A stretch of 62,745 bases of DNA from Octopus bimaculoides. Taxonomy: Eukaryota. The stretch spans positions 64,942,245-65,004,989 of the forward strand of contig NC_068983.1 in the NCBI RefSeq assembly GCF_001194135.2, read 5' to 3'. The notes beneath the pieces were generated by a model. It saw only the letters and a program-made list of their open reading frames with translations, was not told where the DNA came from and made no database searches. Numbering within the stretch: the stretch's first letter is position 1; each line of letters starts with the position of its first letter. Positions 53,453 to 62,745 of the stretch are shown here, one piece after another. Made by a program: the position numbers and the translations under genes.

Positions 53453-54504
53453 TGTGTGTGTGTGTCTGAGTGGGTATGCAAATTAATGTTGATCATTTAA
53501 GAAATTAAAATGTCGACTCTCTCAACAAAAAATACACTACCAGTAACCTAAAATATATGTGTGAATACTTTAATTTATTGTTAATTCTTAAAAAGCTAAA
53601 ACCACAAATGAAAAACTGTAAAATAACTGTTTACAGAAAAATTAAATCATGCTATTGATTATTTTTAAATATTGGTTTCCCCATTCACCTATGTATTTAA
53701 ATCAATTATATATATATATATATATATATATAGTGTTTAATGTCAGTCTGTAATATACGGTTGCACAATATTATAGAAACACGATATATACAAATATAAA
53801 AACACGCATGCTTGATATACCGACTGAAGTGGGTACGGCATGCAAGCGCTCCTTCGGCCGATTGCTTCCGGGATGTTTCACAACAATAGGTCATCTATAT
53901 ATACACTCAATTCACAATACGACGTACATAAATCATGTGATGCAAATATGCAATACTATAACAACCATTTACTATGAATATATCTCGCTGTCTGGTACTT
54001 GAGCGTAACGTAACTTATAGGCTAATATGACAGCAATAAATCATTATATGAGTAGTTCCATTATAGCTTTAAACAGCTATATTAACAACTAGACAGTTTT
54101 TACATTATTCATACTATTCTCGTATTTCTTAATGCTTAGTATAGTTACAGACTCGCCTTTCATTTTAGTATAGTAATCAAACTTGATTTTCTACTATTTC
54201 TTAAACTAATCTTGCTTATCATTAAAATTAAAATACATAAGACTTGAAATGTATTCTCTCGTGCAAATGAAATACTACAAGTCGATTTTAAACATTATAC
54301 GTAACTGAAACATGTAAAAACTTCGTTATGATGTACCAACAAAATATCTTTCTTCAACAAATATTGTCAGTCCTTGAAAATGATAAAATAAAATTTTGTA
54401 ACGACATATGTAATAAATAAAATTGTTCTAATCAAAAACTTCTAACAATAAATGCTCTATCACTTATGTGAAACATGATTTAAAGGGATCAATGAGACTC
54501 ACTT

Positions 54505-56275
54505 ACAGTATCCTGCACCGTTTCCAAAACTTCCGTCGCCTTTCTCGACATTTCGGTCAACATACACCACTCCATTCCCATCACATGCATCCACTACAAA
54601 CACATCGACTCACACTCATACCTCAAATTCTCCTCCTCCCACCCTACCCACAACGAGCTCCTCATCACTTACTCCCAATTCCTCCGTCTGCGCAGGCTCT
54701 GCAGTGACAACCACGACTTTGAGACTCAGTCTGAAATCATGGTTCGCCACTTCATCCTTCGTGGATATCCCCTGACTACTATCCACTCCACCTTTGCCAG
54801 AGGATGTTTCATGAACCGTATGTCTGCTCACTCTCCCCGCACCCGCCCCACGTTACCCGTCTTCCGTTTCACCTCACCTACGACCCCTCCACGCTGCCTC
54901 CTTCAAACGAGCGCAGAACCTACGTGCCCTCCTGGTCCACAGTTACTTCCCTAACCCCCCACTTGACTCGTTCCCCTCCTCCCGCCAACACTGCTGCATT
55001 TTCCTCTACCACTCCAACACGACCATCCTCAAAGACAGCCATCATGGTCCCTATCATATCACTTCTAGTAACGTCATTTACTGCATGTCCTGCTCTTTCT
55101 GTCCTTCCTTGTACATTGGTCAAACGGACGCTGCTTGGCTGACCGCTTCGCAGGGCACCTCCGAGACATTAGACTCAGCAACGACAGCCCGGTCTCGCGC
55201 CATTTTCGATCTACCGGTCATTCATTACAACACATGTATGTGTTTGGATTGTCTTTGCACAAGGGCCATACGGACTCCCGCCAACGCCGTGAACAGGAAT
55301 TGAGCTTCTCTCTTCGCTCCTTTGCTCCACGTGGGCTCACGTGGGCTCAACGCCCCTCCTCCCTACGCTCTCTTCTCTTTACCGCTACTCACCTCTACTC
55401 TCTTGCCCTGACACCTACTTCCTCTCTTCACTCTTACCCATCTTCTCCCTACATCGTTCCACTCTATCCACACCACATCCTTATACATCCCAACCCTAAC
55501 ATCCCAACACATCCCAACCCCACGACCCAACCAACCCACCTACCCCACATATCTCCTGAATACCCTCACATCCTCACCCCAAACACACACCCTACCCATA
55601 CATCCCCACACCCCAGCAACCTCACACCCCAACACCACCACACTACACACCACCACACCACATCATGCTACACTACCACACCACATCATGCTACACCACT
55701 CCACACATCACCACATCACACCACCACACCACGTCACACCACCACACAACGTCACACCACCACACCACTTCACACCACCCGCGCACACTAGCGCTGACCC
55801 ATTACTAGGATCTACACCTCACACTTGCACGCCACTACATGACACATCACACCACATCACACCACCCCGAACACACTAGCACAGACCACTTTCCAGCACT
55901 CACACTATCATCCACACACCCACTCATTAAAGACGCACACAATTACACACACACATCCACTCGCACACACACACACACACTCACACACTCACGCACGCGT
56001 ACCATCATTTTGAGATCACCAATACTTTATTATCTCCCCTTCTTCTTAGCTCTCCTGTCTAACTATTGTCCAGCTAGTCACCATAACTGACCGCTAGCCC
56101 CTAAAGCTTCTTTTTATTCAGTGTTTATTTCATCGTGCTCCTTTCTGTTGAAGAGAGTCGGCTCGAAACGTAAAAGACTTTCTCACCTTCCCGAGCGTTA
56201 AACTAATACACCTGTTTGTTTTTTATACACCTGTCTTCGTCTTTTGTTTTTCTGTAAATTACAACTATATAAACG
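54505..56275 (+). mobile_element. Penelope-like element 3' half: RT thumb, linker, GIY-YIG, CAC-rich 3' UTR, pseudo-LTR
   Basis: VAFLDISV, HYKHIDSHSYL, YSQFLRLRRLCSD, HFILRGYP, TSSNVIYCMSCSFCPSLYIGQT, LADRFAGHLRDIR, VSRHF, REQELSFSLRSFAPRGL, with frameshifts. Confidence 0.93.
56141..56176 (+). ncRNA. Minimal type-I hammerhead-like ribozyme with variant core
   Basis: CTTT-CTGTTGA-A-GAG(AGTCGG)CTC-GAAA-CG-TA-AAAG: stem I CTTT/AAAG, stem II GAG/CTC, palindromic ACGT stem III, GUA cleavage triplet; located in a PLE pseudo-LTR. Confidence 0.7.
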
Positions 56276-56417
56276 TACATACACAAACACACAAATATAT
56301 ATACATATATATTTACACAATCACATAGTACACGTACCTACATACATACGGATGTTGCATATGTCCCTGCATACATACATAAGCATATATAGTCGCGTAT
56401 AGAGTTGTGAGTGTATG

Positions 56418-56489
<72 letters not shown>

Positions 56490-56621
56490 TCTGTGTGTGT
56501 TGGCCGCTGAATCCTTGAAGGTCATGTAATGGTAATCATAAGTGTAACCGAGCATGAAGGATGAATTAGCACTACAAAGAAATAAATTGCCACTCCCTTT
56601 AATATGAACCTGAATGCTTAC

Positions 56622-57165
56622 CTTGCGCAGCATGGTCACCATCCCACTCAGACTCTATTTTTAAAACAGATTCATCAACCAAAACACACATTTTAATAGG
56701 TTGAGTGGTTAATACTACATCGTATAGCCACGACAAACAGAAATGATGAGGTCGAAGCCGAAATTTGAGTTTATGAAACACAGAAACAATATCTATATAC
56801 AACCTGATGAAAACAATGCAGATCTCATAATGCAGGGGAACGGTTATATATCCAAATGGAGGACTACGATGCTTGGAAACAATTGTAATGATTACAAATC
56901 AATGCTCCTCTGTACTAGCTGTGGCTGACCCCAACTTATTCAATTATCCATACACACACTACAGAATCCACAACTCAAATCTGCCAGCAAGTATAATACT
57001 AGTGTTGAATAGCACAGGACGAAACCTGAATGTGCACGAGTTGTATACTTTATTACATTCGTAAGAGAATATAACCAATCTATACACATGTGTGTCTCTA
57101 TATACTATATGCACAAATATATACGTAAATATATACACACATATAAATATATACGCAGAGATTCG

Positions 57166-57196
<31 letters not shown>

Positions 57197-58317
57197 ATAT
57201 ATACACTTGGTTATATATACGGATAACAAAAACAACAACAAATTATAACGTCTAGGCAGGTAAGTATAAATATGGATATCTAAAAATGCAAGTAACATAT
57301 CCTACATAGTATACGTTTCTAGGGGAACTGTAGAGAAATACGCACAGACATAAAGTACAGTTGGCTAAATATCTTTCTGATACAGAGATAGATAGTTTGG
57401 TAAACAAGTCGATAGGAGGACAATCAGAGGTCAATTGATAAATATATTATTTTCTGCAACACCAGGTCCCTCTGCGCCCACTAGTTCTCTGCCAAAGGCG
57501 GTATAACGATGTAGATACTAAACAAGAAGTGCATTGGTCTCAGCACCCTCTGTGGGATGGAAAAGGTCATGGACAATGTCTTTCCTCTTTGATGATCTTA
57601 AAAAATAAAACAAAAAGAAGAATCCTATAAAACAAAATCATCAGTTAGATAGAGGAAAATAAAGCCATTTATAATTAGAAATAGAAACAAGAATACCATA
57701 CGTAAACTCACACGGAGCAACACATGCAGATACACACACATAAACATATATATTTAGGTATCTATCTTTCTATCTATCTATCTATGAATATATACAAATA
57801 TGTAAACATATTCGTATGATGGATTACATACACACACACACACACACACATACATACATACGCAGACACATGCATATAAATATATATTACATTAGCTCTT
57901 TCTCTATTGAAAGATATTTCTCCATTTAGTATCCATCAGAAACGATGTATTAGTGCCATCGTTCAAACTAAATTTCAGAGCCTATTGAAACACTTTCAGC
58001 CTCGTGCTATTGCTTTCGCTCTTTAATTTGTGTCATCGAATTATTGTCCCGAAGACTGTCATACGTTGGACCGCAATGGTGCAAGTCGCATGGCATCTGA
58101 TGATAGTTGTTCGGTGGGTAAAATGAAGAGTAACCAACAGAATTTACCGATTTCCTAGTTTGTTGTCAAAGATTTTTTTGCGTACGTACTGCAATGGTGC
58201 TAAAGATCTTTTACATTGTTCTACCACCTCTTCGTATGCTTCCTTTAGCAATGCTCCCTTTACTAATATTTCTCTTAGTTTTTTTGAGTGTCACCATGAA
58301 CCGCCGCTGTTCACCTT
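56622..58317 (-). pseudogene. Disabled three-exon chain (58317-58148, 57596-57463, 56714-56622) of an unidentified gene
   Basis: Phases 1-2, 2-1, 1-1 join cleanly. Exon 1 is 170 nt with a +1 shift in an A7 run; exon 2 has TAG at 57520-57518; exon 3 is open with donor AAG|GTAAGC. Repaired peptide: EGEQRRFMVTLKKLREILVKGALLKEAYEEVVEQCKRSLAPLQYVRKKIFDNKLGNRSSKRKDIVHDLFHPTEGAETNALLV*YLHRYTAFGRELVGAEGPVLTTQPIKMCVLVDESVLKIESEWDGDHAAQG. Confidence 0.55.
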
Positions 58318-58380
58318 CTTGAAAATCAAGGAAAAATAACACTCTTCAAATTCCTCAAACTTTCTGGCTTTTTGGAGTGA

Positions 58381-59200
58381 TACAAGGAGTGTTCATTAAA
58401 GATTTCCCGACCCACTTCCCAACAACTGAGATAAATAAAACTTGGCATAATTATTAATCCTTCTCTACATAGCCACCACCAATGGTGACATACTTCTCTT
58501 GCTTTATGCAGCTGTGGAGACCTCGTCTGTAGAAGTTGGTTAAGTTGTGTCTGGAGCCAAGACTTTACCTCAGAAATAAGTTTATCATCATCTGGAAAGT
58601 TCTTCTCCTTCAAAAAAGACTTCATGGTTGAAAGAGGTGGAAGTCAGATAGTGCGAGGTCGGGAGAGTAGGGAGGATGAGGAAGGATTTCATAGCTGCAG
58701 CAGTGTGCTTTCATCTGGGCAACATGCACATTGTGAACTTTTAAGGCTTGGAAAAGTGTAAATTCATTTCATACACTGAGGATTCTTTGTGGAACATACA
58801 AGAAATATGGGCACCGTTCATCTTTTGTCAAAAGATACAAATACAGAGTGCCTTCAAACGCTACAGCAGAAGATAACTGTCTTCCAAAATGTTTTCCTTC
58901 ACTTCAAATGCAGCAAGCCCACACTTTGTGAATTATATTTGTTGGTTTTAAATTGTCTTCTTGCTACTTTTATATGTCACTTGTCGCATTCGATGGTCCA
59001 TCACTGCGTTGTTTTTTCAATGATGGTCTCGTCAATTTTTAATTTTGTTTCATTCAGGCTTTTGTTCATGCCAGTGTGCCATTCGTGCACCAACCAGTAG
59101 AATTTTGTGGATGGTGGAACCTTGCTCACCAACTTTGGTAAGAGCACAAGGGAAAATTGCGGCTGCGTAGAAGCCATTATCTTCCCGAAATGAAGAAACG
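58381..59200 (-). mobile_element. mariner (irritans/Hsmar2-like) transposase remnant, internally deleted
   Basis: YEILPHPPYSPDLALSDFHL, MKSFLKEKNFPDDDKLISEVKSWLQTQ, GGGYVEK; decayed N-terminal region at 59000-59200. Confidence 0.88.
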
Positions 59201-59802
59201 CATGAAGAATAGTTACTATACAGGTAGTGTTACTCCACGAACATGTGCAATTTGAATGATATATTAGCAAACAATTGAAGGAAAATGTTATGCCACCTAT
59301 TCATAAATTCAGCAAAACTTCTTATCTGTCTGTGAGACTGCGCTTGTGTCTCTGCATACGCATACATATACAAATATACTCACACACACAAGATATTTTG
59401 CGGGCGAGGGGACTGTGTTATAAAGTGGTGTAGCGGCATGTATGATTCTGTATTGAATCATTGATTTGGTGTGAGACGAGACGAAGTGAGAACTGTTAAT
59501 TTATGTAGTAATATCGTCATGTTGCTAATTAGATTGATGGAATTGTTTAGAGCAACTTTGGCGTGATAGTTGACATTGTGGTCATGAATGTGTGAGATGT
59601 GTTAGCTGTTTGTAGGCGGCGCTGTTCCATTTCGGTATTTTAGTACCTACGCGTGATATTATATTCGTTGATATTGTAACCACTTCACAGCACATAATTG
59701 CATATACACACACTCACACATATCTATGCATACCTGTATGTACGTATATGTCTTTGATTGCCTATGTATCTTTGTATGTAGGCATGCCTGTACATGTGTG
59801 CT

Positions 59803-59839
<37 letters not shown>

Positions 59840-61527
59840 NNNNNNNNNNNNNNNNNNNNNNNNNNNNNNNNNNNNNNNNNNNNNNNNNNNNNNNNNNNNN
59901 NNNNNNNNNNNNNNNNNNNNNNNNNNNNNNNNNNNNNNNNNNNNNNNNNNNNNNNNNNNNNNNNNNNNNNNNNNNNNNNNNNNNNNNNNNNNNNNNNNNN
60001 NNNNNNNNNNNNNNNNNNNNNNNNNNNNNNNNNNNNNNNNNNNNNNNNNNNNNNNNNNNNNNNNNNNNNNNNNNNNNNNNNNNNNNNNNNNNNNNNNNNN
60101 NNNNNNNNNNNNNNNNNNNNNNNNNNNNNNNNNNNNNNNNNNNNNNNNNNNNNNNNNNNNNNNNNNNNNNNNNNNNNNNNNNNNNNNNNNNNNNNNNNNN
60201 NNNNNNNNNNNNNNNNNNNNNNNNNNNNNNNNNNNNNNNNNNNNNNNNNNNNNNNNNNNNNNNNNNNNNNNNNNNNNNNNNNNNNNNNNNNNNNNNNNNN
60301 NNNNNNNNNNNNNNNNNNNNNNNNNNNNNNNNNNNNNNNNNNNNNNNNNNNNNNNNNNNNNNNNNNNNNNNNNNNNNNNNNNNNNNNNNNNNNNNNNNNN
60401 NNNNNNNNNNNNNNNNNNNNNNNNNNNNNNNNNNNNNNNNNNNNNNNNNNNNNNNNNNNNNNNNNNNNNNNNNNNNNNNNNNNNNNNNNNNNNNNNNNNN
60501 NNNNNNNNNNNNNNNNNNNNNNNNNNNNNNNNNNNNNNNNNNNNNNNNNNNNNNNNNNNNNNNNNNNNNNNNNNNNNNNNNNNNNNNNNNNNNNNNNNNN
60601 NNNNNNNNNNNNNNNNNNNNNNNNNNNNNNNNNNNNNNNNNNNNNNNNNNNNNNNNNNNNNNNNNNNNNNNNNNNNNNNNTATGTATACATATACACATA
60701 TGTTTATATATATGTGTATATATATATTTATATATATATACATATATATACATATATATATATGTGTGTGTGTGTGTGTGTTTGTGTGTGTGTGCGTGCG
60801 TGTGTGTGTATGTGTATAATCAAAATAAGCAACAGTATATGAAGAAGTGATGCAGTACGACCGTTTCAAACGACTCCATTAATTGAACAATGCAATCATT
60901 ACATAAATTCAAATGCAATGCTATCTTCAGCTGCACAAATAAATAAGTAAATAAACAAATAGAAGTTTAACAATTTGGACATATTAATATTATTTTCCTC
61001 AAATATTTTAACACAGCAAGAAGTTGGAAGAAATTCATGTTGTCGCTATCGTAGCTAAGAATAGAGAGAATGGTATAAAGCCTATTGGGGTCATAGTGCT
61101 GTAAGGGTTTGTAATTCATTTCTAATTCATTTATTTCTACTAAATCTAAGACTAGAAGACTGTGTCTATTTTGAATAATGGACAAGAGTAAGTTGACATA
61201 TCATGGCTAGGTTTGGTCATCAATATTATCATATGTATCTCTTTTCCTCGGGGTGGAAAAAAACATGTGATGCAGTCATTTGGATATAAGTAACTGTCTA
61301 TAAAAAGAGGCTGGGTAGTAGAAAACTAAAAATGATGATGTTAATTACTACTTAAAGAAGCGAAAGGCTAAGAAACCTGAGATGTTAATACGGAAGAAAT
61401 TTAAGTTTGGGGCACTAATGTGTGATTGTTCATAAACAATATTGTTATGTTGTATAAAAATAATATTTAAGATTTTCAAAAGTGATAAAATAACCAAAAT
61501 ATGTAAAATGTGTGTATATGTCAATTA

Positions 61528-62280
61528 TGAATATTAAAAAAAAAAAATAAGGGAAGATTACATAGAATAAGTTTAATATTCATTCATGTACTTAATTATT
61601 TACTTATTAGGTGGTTTCTAAAAAGACTGCTCGAAAGATACATGCTATCTATTAATTTTACGCCATGAATCAGAAAAAAATAAAGATGCATACAAATATA
61701 CACACGTTTATTTATGTGCATATACGCATATATACATATACACAAATATTTATATGTTTATATGGATATAGTATATTCATCTCGCATAGACTTAAGTAAC
61801 TAAAATTATGAAAATTAAAAAAAGAAGGGAAGATTACATAGAATCTGTTTAATATTCATTCATGTACTTAATTAATTACTTATTAGGTGGTTTCTATAAA
61901 AACTGCTGGAAAGATATACATGTTATCTATTAATTTTAAGCCATGAATCAGAACAAAAGTAAAGATGCATACAAATACACGCACATTTATATATGTGCAT
62001 ATACGCATATATACACATACACAAATATTTATTCGTTTATATGGATATAGTATATTCATCTCGCATAGACTTAAATAACTAAAAAATAACTACTTAAGAA
62101 CAAGAAAAAGTAACAATTTATAAGGTATAAGAGGTTAATAGTTTATGTGCATATATACAGATATACACATACACAAATATTTATACCTTTATGTGGTTAT
62201 GGTATAACCATCTCGCATACACTTAAATAAACTGAAAAATATCTATTTAAGAACAAGAAAAGTAACAAGTGGTTAATAGG
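61528..62280. repeat. Diverged local tandem duplication, ~280-bp unit, two copies plus a partial third
   Basis: 61528-61803 vs 61808-62080 share AGGGAAGATTACATAGAAT...GGATATAGTATATTCATCTCGCATAGACTTAA with scattered substitutions; 62140-62280 repeats the 3' part. Confidence 0.9.
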
Positions 62281-62581
62281 TAAGGATATCAAAATAAGAA
62301 AGCAAAATAATAAGAATTTATAGATAATAATACTAAATACATATAACCTACATTGAAAGAGACAGTGGATTTAAATTTGAGGCAGAGAAGAGATAAAGGT
62401 AACTCAAAAAGATGGGTAGCATGTATGGAAGTAATGAGATAGCTTAAAGGTACTCAGACTAAAGAAATTTTATCAGTTGTAATCTTACAAGTGCCATTGT
62501 GTGTATGCTTTTATAGTTTCCAGGGAGTATATAATTTAGACCAAAGGAGACTTATTTACATAAAGTCACAAATATATATAA

Positions 62582-62640
62582 CTAGCAGAAATACCCGGCT
62601 TTGCCCGGGTTAAAGAGAATAATGAAATCTAAAAACGCCG
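62582..62640 (-). mobile_element. Helitron-like 3' terminus (hairpin plus CTAG, followed by T)
   Basis: Minus strand ACCCGGGCAAAGCCGGGT-ATTTCTG-CTAG|T: GC-rich hairpin just upstream of a CTRR end. Confidence 0.65.
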
Positions 62641-62745
62641 TCTAGACTACGCAACCCTCAACTGTTAGTAGCTACGATACCATATTTCTACCTTAATAAC
62701 TCTCCAATCCATGCCAGCATGGAACATAGACATTAAGTGGAATGC

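Noticed and set aside
60967-61185. 72-aa minus-strand ORF (EMNYKPLQHYDPNRLYTILS...) as an upstream exon of the pseudogene
   Set aside because: No credible donor in the required phase and no recognisable family.

Overview
Eukaryotic, AT-rich, microsatellite-dense DNA with 17 N-gaps. The tRNA-derived SINE families, (CA)n/(TA)n load and gap pattern suggest a draft Octopus assembly (inference, not a database result). No intact protein-coding gene can be supported, and almost all long ORFs in the supplied track are gap or microsatellite artefacts. The window is dominated by decayed mobile elements: three Penelope-like elements (PLEs) plus a solo pseudo-LTR, R4/Dong and HERO-type RLE retrotransposons, a CR1/L2-group 3' end, five Tc1/mariner relics, a probable piggyBac relic, MITEs/foldbacks, a Helitron-like 3' end and two SINE families. 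The most interesting signals are (1) minimal hammerhead-ribozyme-like folds in the PLE pseudo-LTRs with a non-canonical core (CUGUUGA plus an extra A, palindromic ACGU stem III); (2) a repeat module, present twice, with CUGAUGA-containing hammerhead parts in a scrambled order (speculative); (3) a phase-compatible minus-strand exon chain at 58.3-56.6 kb (possibly extending to 46 kb) carrying a frameshift and nonsense codons, i.e. a candidate lost gene; (4) a retroelement pile-up on (ATT)n tracts. All family assignments rest on my own translation and recalled motifs and need BLAST/Dfam/Infernal confirmation.
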